Assembly (NCBI GenBank): GCA_964291215.2
Contig: OZ219790.1
Coordinates: 1,952,001 to 2,016,000, forward strand
From: Alphaproteobacteria bacterium
Lineage (GTDB): Bacteria > Pseudomonadota > Alphaproteobacteria > MPNO01 > UBA830
Direction of reading: 5' to 3'
Length of the DNA: 64,000 bases
The position numbers and the translations under genes are program-made. The notes beneath the pieces were generated by a model. The model did no database searches and had not been told where the DNA came from. It was given only the letters and a program-made list of their open reading frames with translations. Positions 50,600 through 61,647 of this stretch are shown here, piece after piece; the first letter of the stretch is position 1, and each line of letters opens with the position of its first letter.

Positions 50600-53500
50600 A
50601 TGATCCGGCGCGTGATATACGGCATCGGTGGCATCGCGATCACCCTGATTCTGGTTTTCCTCGCCTTTCCGAGACTGGTTGACCTCGACGGTTTCAAGCC
50701 GCGCATCGCCGCGGAGTTCCAGAAAGCGACCGGCAGGGTCCTGGCGCTCGACGGAAAGCTCGACATCGATTTCGTGCCCTATCCGCGCTTGGCCGCGTCC
50801 GATGTCCGGGTCCTCAATACCAGGGATGATGCCGCCTTCGAACTGATGACACTGAAGGCCTTCAAGCTGGGTGTCCGGTTGTTGCCGCTGTTGCGCGGCG
50901 AGATCGAGATCTCCGACATCGAGATGGTTGAACCGGTGGTCCGGCTTGAACGGCTTCCCGATGGCCGCGGTAACTGGCAATCGGCGACCGTCGGGTCGCC
51001 GTTCGACCCGGCGCCCGCGGCGCCCGCCGACGCTCGGGGGATCTTGGGAGCCGGGGGCGATCTGCGGATCAATTCGCTGAGGATCACGGACGGCACGTTC
51101 AGCTACCGTGATACGGCGGGTGGGGTCGAACGGATCGACGGCGTGACCGCCGATGTCACGGCCGGATCGCTGGCCGGCCCGTTCACCGTCAGGGGGGCGA
51201 TGACGGTGCGCCGCCAGGCCGTCCGGGTCGACGCCTATGTTGGACGGCACGTCGAGGGCGAGCCACTGGCGGTTTCGCTGCGGGCGGTTTCCGACGGCGA
51301 CACTGTCGCGTTGTCGGCAAAGGGCCACATGGATTTCTCGGGCGCGGGGCCATGGTTGCTCGTGGACGCCGCGCTCAAGGGACCCAGCCTCGGGGCATTC
51401 CTTGCCGTGCTGCCGGAGTTCGGCACGTCGTCGGGTTTCGACCATCCGTTCAGCCTTGCGGCCACCGTTGATGCCGACCAGCGCGAGCTAAGGCTTGCGG
51501 GCATGTCGGTCATCCTTGGCGGCGTGAGCGCGACCGGGACGGCGACGCTTCCGCTCGGCGGCAGTGCCGCAACACGGATAGTGCTCGATGCGGATCGGCT
51601 CGATGTCGACGCTCTGGTCGGAATGGCCCGTCTGCCGCCGGACCGTGCCATCGGGGAGGCTGTTCACCTGCCGACGGATATCGACGTGAAGATGAAACTG
51701 ACATCCGACGAGCTTGTCGTCGCGCGAAGGCCGGTCCGGGACCTGCGGATAACGGCCTCGCTCAGGGATGGCGAGCTCTCCGTCACGAGGCTTTCCGCGC
51801 GCCTGCCGGGGGAGGCGGCCGTCGAACTGAGCGGCAGTGCCGAAGCGCATCGCGGCAAGCTCGAATATCGGGCAAGACTGCTGCTTCGCGCAAGCGATAC
51901 GCGCTCGCTGCTGGGCTGGATCGGCGTGGATGCGGCGGCGGTGGCAGAAGACCGCCTGCAGAGGCTCTCGGTCCGGACGGAAATAACCGGAAACCTGTCC
52001 GAGATGCGTTTCGTCGACATACGCGGTCAGCTCGATGCATCGAACCTGCGCGGTGGCGTCACGCTGGCCCTGAGCCGCCGCCCGTCATTTGGCGCCAATC
52101 TGAGCATCGACCAGCTCAATATCGATGGCTACGCCGACAACGCGCGCACACCCGCCGAGGCCGTGCCGCCCGCCGCGGACGGAACATCCGGCGGCAGCAA
52201 GACTGCACCGCGGGACCGGGTCAGCGTCCTTCCTGCCGCCCTCGGGGAGCTTGACGCCAACGTCGCGCTTCGGGTTGGCGCACTGGGCTATCGCGGGATC
52301 ATCGCAAGCGGCGTGCGCCTCGACGGAACGCTGCAGGACGGTGCGCTGACGATACGCGAGGCGAGCGTGCGCAACCTTGCCGGCGCGAGTCTCCGGTTCA
52401 GAGGGACGCTGGCCAACCTCGCTGGAGCGCTCAAGGCTAGCGCCAGCCTTGCCGCGGCAGCGGATGACCCGGGACCGCTGCTCGGGCTTTTCGGGTTCAA
52501 TACGCTCGCTGGCATCGAGAAGCCGGGACCGCTGCGCCTGTCCGCTCGTGCCGAGTCGGTGCCCGACGGGCTCGAAATCGACAGCACGCTCGAAATCGCG
52601 GGCGCCACCCTGGCCGTCGCCGGGACGGGCCCGTCGCTCGACGCCCTGCTTGCGGGGTCGCTCGACGGCGGTCGTGAACTGCGCTTCGAGGTGCAGCATC
52701 CCGATCCTGGCCGGCTTGCCGCCCTCCTTGGCGGGACCGCGGAGAGCCAGGATGGCGAAATCCGTGCAAGCGTCGTCGCGACGCGCGCGGACGGGAGCAT
52801 CGGGATCCGGGGCGAGGCCAGGTTCGATGGCGGAAGCGCAAGCGTTTCGGGCCGGATTCTCGAGCCGCTTGCGTCGCCGGGGTTCGATGTTGAAGCCAGT
52901 CTCCGCCATCCCGATCTGGTTCGCCTCATGCAGCTCTTTGGCGCGGATTTCGGGCCGGTTGGAGGAGATTTCGGCGGTGTATTCCTCGAAGCCGCGCTCG
53001 AGGGCGACGGCGGGCATTTCTCGATCGACCGTCTGACGGGCAGCGTCGGGGCCGTTGACATCGCCGGCGGCGGTTCCTACCGCTTGGCCGAGCCGCGTCC
53101 AAGGGTGGAGCTGAGCCTGTCTTTGGGCCTCGTTCCCACGGATGATTTCTCCGGAAAGTCGCCGCCCGGGGCCGCCCCGCCTGACGGGGCGGCGGCACAG
53201 GGGGATACGGAACTATGGTCGCGGGCGCCGTTTGATCCCGGACTCCTCCGGCGGTTCGATTCCCGGATCGGGCTGCAGGCCCGGGCGCTGCTCCACAGGT
53301 CTCTTCGCATCGACACGCCGCGCCTGCTCGCCACCCTTCAGGATGGGGTCCTGTCGATCGAAGAGATGACCGGAACGATTTCCGGCGGCGCGTTCCGGGC
53401 AACCGGCGCACTCGATGTCCGTGATCTTCCGGTTGCCAGGCTATCCCTGGCAGTCGACGGGGCCGAGGTAGCGGCACCGCTGTTCGAAGCCGGCGCCTTC

Positions 53501-54460
53501 GACATCGTCGGCGGCGAGCTGGATATCGATGTCGATCTCGAAGCTCGGGGACGCTCCGAACACGAAATGGTGCGGACACTCGGAGGTGCGGGCCGGTTCT
53601 CGATCCGGAACGGCCGCATCAGCGGCCTCGATCTCGGCCGCATCGCCGAAGCGGTGGAAGACTCTGATCCGGCGGCGAATCTCGCGGATCTGTTCGAGCG
53701 GGCCATGAGCGGCGGAGAAACCGTCTTCTCGGCGCTTGACGGCAGCTTCGATCTGGAGCACGGCATCCTGCGGGTCGGAAATCTCGGATTGCGAACGCCG
53801 ACGGCAGCCGGAGACGCGGCCGGCCGCATCGATCTGCCGCGGTGGGACATCGATATACAAGCGGAATACCGGTTGACGGATCCGGATGTGCCGGCCGTCC
53901 ACATGCGCCTCGTCGGTTCGCCGGACCAGCCGCGGCGCATTCTCGATTTCGAGGACCTGCACCTGTGGGCGCTTGCGCGCGGTGTCGAGAACGTGCCGGA
54001 ACCCGAGGCGCCCAGGGAGGCGACAGCCGAGCCGGACCGGTCCTCGCGTCCGGACACGAAAGCGGAGTCCACCGGAACGGGCCTTGCGCCTCAGGTTGCG
54101 GCGCCGGAAACTCCGGAGGCGGGCGTGGCGGGGACGGCGCCCGCACCTCCGAAGGCGGCAGCGCGCGCTTCCGAAGCGGTGTTGGAGCCGTCGGCAGTGC
54201 CCGCGGTGGCGGTGAGAACTCCCGAAGCGGCACCGGAGTTCGGAACGGCAGCGGCGTTGCAGAAGGTACCCGCGAAGGTGCCGTCAGATCCCGAAACGGC
54301 GCCAGAGACCGCATCGGCGACTCCCGATGCGGTGGCACCGGCCGCAACGCCTGCGGCCGGTGACAAACCCTCCGAATCCGGAGGACAGCCGGGACGGGAT
54401 GAGGGTCCGCAGTTCGATCCTGACAAGCTGATCAGGGATCTGCTCCAGGAAATTCGCTGA
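50600..54460 (+). CDS. AsmA family protein
   Basis: N-terminal membrane anchor, KPRIAAEFQKATGR, VRLERLPDGRGNW and C-terminal GGETVFSALDGSF; Pro/Ala-rich tail; 1286 aa. Confidence 0.88.
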   Translation: MIRRVIYGIGGIAITLILVFLAFPRLVDLDGFKPRIAAEFQKATGRVLALDGKLDIDFVPYPRLAASDVRVLNTRDDAAFELMTLKAFKLGVRLLPLLRGEIEISDIEMVEPVVRLERLPDGRGNWQSATVGSPFDPAPAAPADARGILGAGGDLRINSLRITDGTFSYRDTAGGVERIDGVTADVTAGSLAGPFTVRGAMTVRRQAVRVDAYVGRHVEGEPLAVSLRAVSDGDTVALSAKGHMDFSGAGPWLLVDAALKGPSLGAFLAVLPEFGTSSGFDHPFSLAATVDADQRELRLAGMSVILGGVSATGTATLPLGGSAATRIVLDADRLDVDALVGMARLPPDRAIGEAVHLPTDIDVKMKLTSDELVVARRPVRDLRITASLRDGELSVTRLSARLPGEAAVELSGSAEAHRGKLEYRARLLLRASDTRSLLGWIGVDAAAVAEDRLQRLSVRTEITGNLSEMRFVDIRGQLDASNLRGGVTLALSRRPSFGANLSIDQLNIDGYADNARTPAEAVPPAADGTSGGSKTAPRDRVSVLPAALGELDANVALRVGALGYRGIIASGVRLDGTLQDGALTIREASVRNLAGASLRFRGTLANLAGALKASASLAAAADDPGPLLGLFGFNTLAGIEKPGPLRLSARAESVPDGLEIDSTLEIAGATLAVAGTGPSLDALLAGSLDGGRELRFEVQHPDPGRLAALLGGTAESQDGEIRASVVATRADGSIGIRGEARFDGGSASVSGRILEPLASPGFDVEASLRHPDLVRLMQLFGADFGPVGGDFGGVFLEAALEGDGGHFSIDRLTGSVGAVDIAGGGSYRLAEPRPRVELSLSLGLVPTDDFSGKSPPGAAPPDGAAAQGDTELWSRAPFDPGLLRRFDSRIGLQARALLHRSLRIDTPRLLATLQDGVLSIEEMTGTISGGAFRATGALDVRDLPVARLSLAVDGAEVAAPLFEAGAFDIVGGELDIDVDLEARGRSEHEMVRTLGGAGRFSIRNGRISGLDLGRIAEAVEDSDPAANLADLFERAMSGGETVFSALDGSFDLEHGILRVGNLGLRTPTAAGDAAGRIDLPRWDIDIQAEYRLTDPDVPAVHMRLVGSPDQPRRILDFEDLHLWALARGVENVPEPEAPREATAEPDRSSRPDTKAESTGTGLAPQVAAPETPEAGVAGTAPAPPKAAARASEAVLEPSAVPAVAVRTPEAAPEFGTAAALQKVPAKVPSDPETAPETASATPDAVAPAATPAAGDKPSESGGQPGRDEGPQFDPDKLIRDLLQEIR

Positions 54461-54619
54461 CCGGCCGGCATGGACCGGAGCGATGTCCGCGATCTCCGGA
54501 AGACATGCGCCGCTGCGGCCTGGACGGCAATATTTCGGGGCCGATTCGGAATCGGGGTGGCGAAGGCCCGACCGCAATGTTACACATGATGTCGGTGTGA
54601 TCATGGAAGGATACGCAAA

Positions 54620-54961
54620 ATGGCTACATCCCCGAGTCGCAAGGCCTCGCCGATCAAGGAGGCGATGACCAAGGTACAACTCATCGAATCGCTCTCGGAA
54701 TCCACCGGGCTCGAAAAGAAACAGGTGCGCTTGGTGCTGGATGAGCTTTCAGGCGTCATCGAGCGTCACGTCAAGAGACGCGCCGTCGGCACTTTCACGC
54801 TGCCGGGACTTCTGAAGATCAAGATTGTGCGGAAACCGGCCAGGAAGGCCCGCAAGATGACCAATCCCTTCAATGGGGAGGAAGTCACCGTGGCCGCCAA
54901 GCCGGCGTCGAGGGGCCTGAAGATCCAGGCGCTGAGCGGCCTCAAGCGGATGGCGGAGTAG
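54620..54961 (+). CDS. HU/IHF family DNA-binding protein
   Basis: MTKVQLIESLSESTGL, FTLPGLLKI and NPFNGEEVTVAAKPA. Confidence 0.9.
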   Translation: MATSPSRKASPIKEAMTKVQLIESLSESTGLEKKQVRLVLDELSGVIERHVKRRAVGTFTLPGLLKIKIVRKPARKARKMTNPFNGEEVTVAAKPASRGLKIQALSGLKRMAE

Positions 54962-55136
54962 TACGGCAAACAACGCGGTTTTTCAGCCCTGGAGACGGGT
55001 TGCCACTGACGTCTGCTGCACGGCGTTTCCGGTCTTTCTGCCTGCTTCCTGCATCGGAGGTGGCGGGTGCCGGTAGTGCTGCCGACAGTCCGGCGCCGCG
55101 GGCTGAGGCCGCGTTCGGCCGACCGGGAGAATGTCC

Positions 55137-55604
55137 ATGTCCGGAGCAGTCGAAGCGAGACTTGTCGAAATGGGTTTCAAGCTCCCGGACGCGGCGTCGC
55201 CGAAGGTGGCCCGGATCCGCAACTGGAAGATTGCCGGCTCGCTCCTGTTCGTGTCGGGCCAGGTGCCGAGAATCGACAACGAGATCGCTTTCATCGGCAA
55301 GGTCGGGCGCGAATTCACCTTGGAAGAGGGGCAGGCGGCGGCGCGAACAAGCGCCCTGATGGTGCTCGCCTGCGCCAAGGACGCCCTTGGCGATCTCGAC
55401 CGCATCGAGGAAATCGTGCGCGTCAAGGGCTACGTCAACGTCGATCCCGAGTTCACGGCTGTGTCCGCCGTCGTCAACGGTGCATCCGATCTCTTCAATG
55501 ACCTGTTCGGCGAGCCCGGCCGCCACGCGCGGACCGCAATCGGGGCGGCGTCGATGCCGTTCGGCGTGGCAATCGAGGTCGAGGCGACCTTTCAGTTCAC
55601 CTGA
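55137..55604 (+). CDS. RidA/YjgF family protein
   Basis: LFVSGQVP, GKVG, VVNGASDL, GRHARTAIG and VAIEVE. Confidence 0.9.
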   Translation: MSGAVEARLVEMGFKLPDAASPKVARIRNWKIAGSLLFVSGQVPRIDNEIAFIGKVGREFTLEEGQAAARTSALMVLACAKDALGDLDRIEEIVRVKGYVNVDPEFTAVSAVVNGASDLFNDLFGEPGRHARTAIGAASMPFGVAIEVEATFQFT

Positions 55605-55619
55605 AAGCCGAGGGGGGCG

Positions 55620-55960
55620 AAGCCAGTCTCGGGATAGAGACCCGCCTCGCGGAGCGCAGCAACCCGTAGACCAGATCGACCATCGGCGTCGAGATACCGG
55701 CAAGCCGTCCGAGTTCGACGATGGCGCCGGTGGTCCCGTCGACCTCCATGGGATGTCCCCGCTCGAGATCCTGAAGCAGCGATGTCTTGTGGCCTGCCAC
55801 CTGGAAGGTGGCGCCGATCCTGCTCTCGATGTTTTGCCTGCAGGTTACGCCGAACGCTTCGCCAGGGCTCTTCTTTTGTCCGGTTTCGTCCGACGAGGGG
55901 GCGTTGTAGGCAGATCTGGAGGTCCTTTCGGGAGCGGATTTCGTTGTCGATATGCCGGTT
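55620..55960 (-). pseudogene. 2-dehydropantoate 2-reductase (PanE/ApbA family), C-terminal fragment
   Basis: EAFGV...IESRI...AGHKTSLLQDLERGHPMEVDGTTGAIVELGRLAGISTPMVDLVYGLL (SMxQD...E motif). The upstream part is eroded; limits approximate. Confidence 0.8.
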
Positions 55961-56064
55961 CCGACCTTGAGACGGTGCCACCAACTTCAAGAACGGCCAC
56001 TCTGATACGGTTGTCCGCCGCCGATCGCGACAACAGAATGGTCCTGGCGTTCCAACCCCGACAG

Positions 56065-56093
56065 TTGAGAGTTCAGACAAATTAGTTCACTAT
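56065..56093 (+). promoter_or_regulatory. Putative sigma70 promoter of lepB-rnc-era
   Basis: TTGAGA-N17-CACTAT, 27 bp upstream of the lepB start. Confidence 0.4.
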
Positions 56094-56120
56094 GGCCTGT
56101 CCGAACTGGAAGACACCTTC

Positions 56121-56855
56121 ATGACATCGAAGAAATCCGGCGGTTTCCGGGAAACCGCAAAAACCCTCGTCTATGCCGTCCTGATCGCAGTGGCGATCAG
56201 GACGGTCGGCTTCGAACCCTTCAATATCCCGTCCGGTTCCATGATACCGACACTGCTCGTGGGCGATTACCTGTTCGTCTCGAAATATTCCTATGGCTAC
56301 AGCAAGTTCTCGCTGCCTTTTTCACTGCCCCTGATTCCGGGACGCATACTGGAGACCCTGCCCGAACGCGGCGATGTGGCGGTATTCAAGCTGCCCAGGG
56401 ACAACAGCACGGACTACATCAAGCGGATCGTCGGCCTGCCGGGCGACCGCATCCAGGTGCGACAGGGCCGCCTCTACATCAATGGCCAACTCGTCGAGCG
56501 CCGCCGGATCGGCAATCTTCCGCTGGGGCCGCTCGACGCGGGGGTGCCGCAATTTGTCGAGACGCTCCCCGGCGGCCGCCAGCACCTGATCGCCGAGCGC
56601 CAGGGCGACCGTGGCGGCCTCGACAACACGCGGACCTATACGGTGCCGGAACGCCACGTTTTCGCGATGGGCGACAATCGCGACGACTCGCTGGACAGCC
56701 GGGTGCTCAGCGAAGTCGGATTCGTTCCGGTCGAAAATCTGGTCGGGCGCGCCGAATTCCTGTTTTTTTCGCACAATTCGAGCGCATATATATGGGAGGT
56801 CTGGAAATGGCCGACGGCCATTCGCTGGTCGCGGCTGTTGCAGTCCGTCCAATGA
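56121..56855 (+). CDS. lepB: Signal peptidase I
   Basis: IPSGSMIPTL, DYIKRIVGLPGD and MGDNRDDSLDSR. Confidence 0.96.
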   Translation: MTSKKSGGFRETAKTLVYAVLIAVAIRTVGFEPFNIPSGSMIPTLLVGDYLFVSKYSYGYSKFSLPFSLPLIPGRILETLPERGDVAVFKLPRDNSTDYIKRIVGLPGDRIQVRQGRLYINGQLVERRRIGNLPLGPLDAGVPQFVETLPGGRQHLIAERQGDRGGLDNTRTYTVPERHVFAMGDNRDDSLDSRVLSEVGFVPVENLVGRAEFLFFSHNSSAYIWEVWKWPTAIRWSRLLQSVQ

Positions 56856-56870
56856 AGGGAAGAGGCTGCG

Positions 56871-57548
56871 ATGCCGGCAACGCGCGATCCTGTCGATGCC
56901 CTGGAAGGCCTGCTGGGATACGAATTCCGGAAGCCGGAACTTCTTGAACAGGCACTGACCCACGGCAGCCTCAACCTGCCTGGCGGCACTGCCACCTACG
57001 AACGCCTCGAATTCGTCGGTGACCGGGTTCTTGCGCTGGCGGTCGCCGACCTCCTCGCCGAGAGCTTTCCCGAAGCGAACGAAGGCGAACTTGCCAGACG
57101 GCACTCGATCCTGGTCAGCGAAGACACCCTCGCCGGGGTCGGAGACGCCCTCTCGCTTTCCCGCTTCATCCGCGCCGAGGACAGCAGCAATGCCGCAGAG
57201 CGCCGGTCCGTCATCGCCGACTGCTGCGAGGCGGTCATCGGCGCTCTGTACCGCGACGGTGGGCTTGCTCCGGCGCGAACATTCGTCGCCCGCCACTGGG
57301 AGACCCATATCGACGCAGAGATTCCAAAGGTGCCGGCCACCGACCTCCAGGAATGGCTGCAGACGCGCGGACTGCCGCTGCCGGAATACCGGGTCGTGAA
57401 CCGCACCGGAACCGACCACGAACCCGAGTTCACGATCGAGGTCACGGCCGCCGGGCTGAAACCGGTGCGTGCGAAGGGGCCGTCCAAGCGGATCGCCAGA
57501 GCGCGCGCCGCCGAGAAGATGCTCGAGCAGATCGGCGGCGCGGAATGA
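56871..57548 (+). CDS. rnc: Ribonuclease III
   Basis: ERLEFVGDRVL and ADCCEAVIGALYRDGG; C-terminal dsRNA-binding domain. Confidence 0.95.
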   Translation: MPATRDPVDALEGLLGYEFRKPELLEQALTHGSLNLPGGTATYERLEFVGDRVLALAVADLLAESFPEANEGELARRHSILVSEDTLAGVGDALSLSRFIRAEDSSNAAERRSVIADCCEAVIGALYRDGGLAPARTFVARHWETHIDAEIPKVPATDLQEWLQTRGLPLPEYRVVNRTGTDHEPEFTIEVTAAGLKPVRAKGPSKRIARARAAEKMLEQIGGAE

Positions 57549-58462
57549 CCGTTGGGCCGGCGTCGGCGAATACAAACTGTGGCTTCGTCGCCCTGGTCGG
57601 AGCGCCCAACACCGGCAAATCGACCCTCGTCAACGCTCTTGTCGGAGCCAAGGTGTCGATCGTCACACACAAGGTGCAGACCACGCGCACACGAATCCTC
57701 GGCATCGCCATGTCGGGCGCCTCCCAGATCATCCTCATCGACACACCCGGCATATTCGATCCCCGCAGGCGCCTTGACCGGGCGATGATCGCCGCCGCGT
57801 GGCAGGGCGTCTCGGATGCCGACCTCGTCGCCGTCATGGTCGACGCCGAGGCCGGGCTTACCCGGGACACACGCCGCATCATCGACAGGCTCGGCGACCG
57901 AAGGCGGTCGGCAACCTGCATCCTCAACAAGATCGACCTGATCCGCAGGGACCGTCTTCTCGGGCTTGCGGACGAATTACGGAGCCGGGAGTTTCTCACC
58001 GATTTCTTCATGATCTCCGCCCTTTCCGGAGATGGCGTCGAAGACCTCAAGCACGCCCTCGCAGATTGGCTGCCGGCCGGACCATGGCTGTTTCCGGACA
58101 ACCAGATCTCCGACATGAACGAGCGGCTGTTCGCCGCCGAGACCACGCGCGAGAAGCTGTTCCTCGGCCTTCGCGAGGAGTTGCCCTACGCGCTGACCGT
58201 GGAGACCGAGAACTGGCAACGGTTCGACGACGGCAGCGTCAAGATCGAACAGGTCATTTATGTGGAGCGGGACAGCCAGAAGGGAATTGTCCTCGGCCGG
58301 GGCGGCGAGCGCATAAAGCGGATTCGCGCCAGCGCGCAGGAAGAGCTTTCGGACGCGCTGGGCTGCCGGACGCACCTGTTCCTGTTCGTCAAGGTGCGGG
58401 GCAACTGGAAGGACGATCCCGAACGCTACCGCACGTGGGGCCTCGACTTCCACTCGCGGTAG
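57545..58462 (+). CDS. era: GTPase Era
   Basis: GAPNTGKST, DTPG, NKID and EELPY; KH domain. Confidence 0.96.
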   Translation: MTVGPASANTNCGFVALVGAPNTGKSTLVNALVGAKVSIVTHKVQTTRTRILGIAMSGASQIILIDTPGIFDPRRRLDRAMIAAAWQGVSDADLVAVMVDAEAGLTRDTRRIIDRLGDRRRSATCILNKIDLIRRDRLLGLADELRSREFLTDFFMISALSGDGVEDLKHALADWLPAGPWLFPDNQISDMNERLFAAETTREKLFLGLREELPYALTVETENWQRFDDGSVKIEQVIYVERDSQKGIVLGRGGERIKRIRASAQEELSDALGCRTHLFLFVKVRGNWKDDPERYRTWGLDFHSR

Positions 58463-58545
58463 CGCGGCTCCGCCGGCCGCTTCCGCCGCCATGGGGGACG
58501 AATCGACGCGTCCGCGCCCGCTCCGGAGAACGGGTATAATGCGCC

Positions 58546-59280
58546 ATGGAGTGGAGTGACGAAGGTTTCGTGCTGTCGGCACGCAGACACGGCGAGAATG
58601 CGGCCATCGTTTCGCTGCTGACCCGTGACCACGGTCGCCATGCCGGCTTCGTGCATGGCGGCGCGGGGCGGCGGGCGCGGGGCGTCTATCAGGCCGGCAA
58701 TCTCGTCCATGCGCGCTGGCGGGCGCGACTCAACGAACATCTGGGCGCCTACCAATGCGAACTCGCGCAAGCCTATGCCGCGGCGTTTCTTTCCGAGAGG
58801 TTGCGGCTTCTGGCCCTGGCGGCGGCGGTTGCGACCCTCGACCGTCTTATACCCGAGCGCGAACCCCAGCCGCGGGTCTTCGAGGAGTTCCGCGGCCTCG
58901 TCGAGGGCCTCGTCGCAGACGGGGACTGGCATGCCGAACTCGTACGGTGGGAGCTGGCTCTCCTCGGCCACCTCGGCTACGGCCTCGACCTGTCGCAGTG
59001 CGCGGCAACCGGCACCACCGAAGGCCTCGTCTATGTCTCGCCCCGGAGCGGCAGCGCGGTGTCAGCGGAAGCCGGTCGACCGTGGCACGCGAAGCTGCTG
59101 CTGCTGCCGCCGTTCCTGCGCTCGTGCGGGCCGACCGGGATGTCCGATATCATCGACGGGCTGGCCCTGACCGGCCATTTCCTCGAGCGCTGCGCCAGGG
59201 AGACGCTGGGCGAAGGCCTGCCGCCAGCTCGCGCGCAGATGATCGACGCGCTGCGCCGGGACGCGGCCGTTTCCGCATGA
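58546..59280 (+). CDS. recO: DNA repair protein RecO
   Basis: MEWSDEGFVL, WRARLNEHLG, LGYGLDLSQCAATG and YVSPRSG. Confidence 0.95.
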   Translation: MEWSDEGFVLSARRHGENAAIVSLLTRDHGRHAGFVHGGAGRRARGVYQAGNLVHARWRARLNEHLGAYQCELAQAYAAAFLSERLRLLALAAAVATLDRLIPEREPQPRVFEEFRGLVEGLVADGDWHAELVRWELALLGHLGYGLDLSQCAATGTTEGLVYVSPRSGSAVSAEAGRPWHAKLLLLPPFLRSCGPTGMSDIIDGLALTGHFLERCARETLGEGLPPARAQMIDALRRDAAVSA

Positions 59281-59303
59281 CACCTGCCCGGAGATAGACC
59301 GCC

Positions 59304-61535
59304 ATGGCGGATTCGATTGTCGCCTCCCGCATCGAGGAAGTGCCTCTCGCCGACGCTCTCGGCGAGCGCTATCTGGCATACGCGCTGTCGACGATCACCT
59401 CGCGGTCGCTTCCCGATGTTCGCGACGGCCTGAAACCGGTCCAGCGCCGCCTTCTGTACGCGATGCGCGAACTCCGCCTCGATCCCGATTCCGGATTCAA
59501 GAAATGCGCCCGCGTCGTCGGCGACGTGATCGGCAAGTACCACCCCCATGGCGACACGGCCGTCTATGACGCGCTTGTGCGCCTCGCGCAGGATTTTTCG
59601 GTCCGGTATCCGCTGGTCGAGGGTCAGGGAAATTTCGGCAATATCGACGGCGACAATGCAGCCGCGATGCGCTACACCGAGGCGCGGTTGACCGGCTACG
59701 CGATCGCCATGCTCGAGGGCATCGACGAGGATGCTGTCGATTTCCGCGACAACTACGACGGCTCGGAGAGCGAACCGGCGCTCCTGCCCGCTTCGGTGCC
59801 CAACCTGCTCTGCAACGGGGCAGCCGGAATCGCCGTCGGCATGGCAACCAGCATTCCTCCTCACAATCTCGACGAGGTCTGCGCAGCGCTGCTGCATCTC
59901 ATCAGGCATCCACGGGCGACCATCGCCAAACTCGTCGACTTCGTTCCGGGGCCCGACCTTCCGGGCGGCGGACTCCTGGTCGAGGATCGCGAGTCGGTCA
60001 TCGAGTCCTACAGCACCGGCCGCGGCTCCTTCCGCGTCCGCGCTAGGTGGCACGTCGAGAAACTCAGCCGCGGACAGTACTGCATCGTCGTTACCGAGAT
60101 TCCCTACCAGATCCAGAAGGGACGGCTGGTCGAGAAGATTGCCGACCTTCTGAACGCGCGCAAACTGCCGCTGCTCGGAGACCTGCGCGACGAAAGCGCC
60201 GAGGCCACCCGGCTGGTGCTCGAGCCGCGCAACCGTACCGTCGATCCCGACATCCTCATGGAGCAGATGTTCCGGGCTACCGACCTCGAAAGCCGCGTGT
60301 CGCTGAACATGAACGTCCTTGACGCCGGCACGGTTCCCCGAGTGATGAATCTGCGCGATGTCCTCGACGCCTACCTCCGGCATCGCGACGATGTCCTCGT
60401 TCGACGGACGCGGTACCGGCTCGACAGGATCGCACACCGGCTCGAGGTGCTGGACGGCTACCTGATCGCCTATCTCAACCTCGACGAGGTGATCCGCATC
60501 ATCCGGGAAGAGGATGAGCCGAAACCGGTGATGGTGGCGAAATGGAGCCTCAGCGACATCCAGGCCGAGGCTATCCTCAACATGCGGCTCCGCGCCCTGC
60601 GGCGCCTCGAGGAAATGGCGATCCGGACCGAACACGGCAAACTCACCACCGAAATGAGCGCGCTTCGAGATCTGGTCGAGGACCCGAAAAAGCGCAAGGA
60701 AGTGGTCGCGGCCGAAATCCGCGACGCGCGATCCCGGTTCGGAAAGAAGACCCCGGACGGCGCGCGCCGCACCGAGATTTCCGGCGCGCCCGCGGAGGTC
60801 GACATACCCGAAGACGTGCTGGTTGAGCGCGAGCCGATCACCGTGATCTGCTCGCACAAGGGCTGGATCCGCACGGTCCGCGGTCATACGAGGGAGGGCG
60901 ACGACCTGAAATACCGGGAGGGCGACCGGCGCCGGTTCGTCGTCCCGTCACAGACCACCGACAGGCTGCTTGCCTTCGGGACCGACGGCCGCTTCTACAC
61001 GCTCGATGCCGGGCGGCTTCGCGGAGGGCGCGGATACGGCGAGGCGCTGCGGCTGATGATCGACCTGCCCGACGGCCAGGACATCGTCGCACTGTTCGTC
61101 CACCGGCCCGGCGAGAAACTCCTGGTCGCATCGCAGGACGGCCGTGGCTTCGTGGTGGCCGAGAACGACGTGGTCGCGCCGCGGCGAGCGGGCAAACAGG
61201 TGCTCAACGTCGGCGACGGCGTCGAGGCCGCAGCCTGTGCACCAGTGCGCGGCGACATGGTCGCCGTGGTCGGAGACAACCGCAAGCTCAATATCTTCCC
61301 GCTGTCTGACCTTCCCCAACAGACGCGCGGCCGCGGGGTCAAGCTCCAGAGCTACCGGGGGGGCGGGCTTTCGGACGTGACCACGTTCGTGCGCGACGAC
61401 GGCCTGTCCTGGAAGACGGGAGCCGGCGTGCGAACAGAGAAGGTACCGCCGGAATACCTGGGCAAGCGCGCCCAGGCGGGGCGCGCCGCGATGCGCGGCT
61501 TTCCCCGGAACAACCGTTTCGGAAACTACGAGTGA
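59304..61535 (+). CDS. parC: DNA topoisomerase IV subunit A
   Basis: [19 protein letters not shown] and [10 protein letters not shown]; 743 aa; follows recO. Confidence 0.95.
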   Translation: MADSIVASRIEEVPLADALGERYLAYALSTITSRSLPDVRDGLKPVQRRLLYAMRELRLDPDSGFKKCARVVGDVIGKYHPHGDTAVYDALVRLAQDFSVRYPLVEGQGNFGNIDGDNAAAMRYTEARLTGYAIAMLEGIDEDAVDFRDNYDGSESEPALLPASVPNLLCNGAAGIAVGMATSIPPHNLDEVCAALLHLIRHPRATIAKLVDFVPGPDLPGGGLLVEDRESVIESYSTGRGSFRVRARWHVEKLSRGQYCIVVTEIPYQIQKGRLVEKIADLLNARKLPLLGDLRDESAEATRLVLEPRNRTVDPDILMEQMFRATDLESRVSLNMNVLDAGTVPRVMNLRDVLDAYLRHRDDVLVRRTRYRLDRIAHRLEVLDGYLIAYLNLDEVIRIIREEDEPKPVMVAKWSLSDIQAEAILNMRLRALRRLEEMAIRTEHGKLTTEMSALRDLVEDPKKRKEVVAAEIRDARSRFGKKTPDGARRTEISGAPAEVDIPEDVLVEREPITVICSHKGWIRTVRGHTREGDDLKYREGDRRRFVVPSQTTDRLLAFGTDGRFYTLDAGRLRGGRGYGEALRLMIDLPDGQDIVALFVHRPGEKLLVASQDGRGFVVAENDVVAPRRAGKQVLNVGDGVEAAACAPVRGDMVAVVGDNRKLNIFPLSDLPQQTRGRGVKLQSYRGGGLSDVTTFVRDDGLSWKTGAGVRTEKVPPEYLGKRAQAGRAAMRGFPRNNRFGNYE

Positions 61536-61647
61536 GCTGGGCCCGGCGCAGTACGCTCGGCAGCGGCGTCCTCCCCGAGCCTCGTATCTCACCAGTTGCG
61601 GTCGGTGCCGGGGCGCGGATCCGGATGACGTCAACTGCTGACAGGCG

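Noticed and set aside
53990-54420. Pro/Ala/Glu-rich quasi-repeats at the AsmA C-terminus
   Set aside because: Low-complexity linker without exact DNA repeat units.
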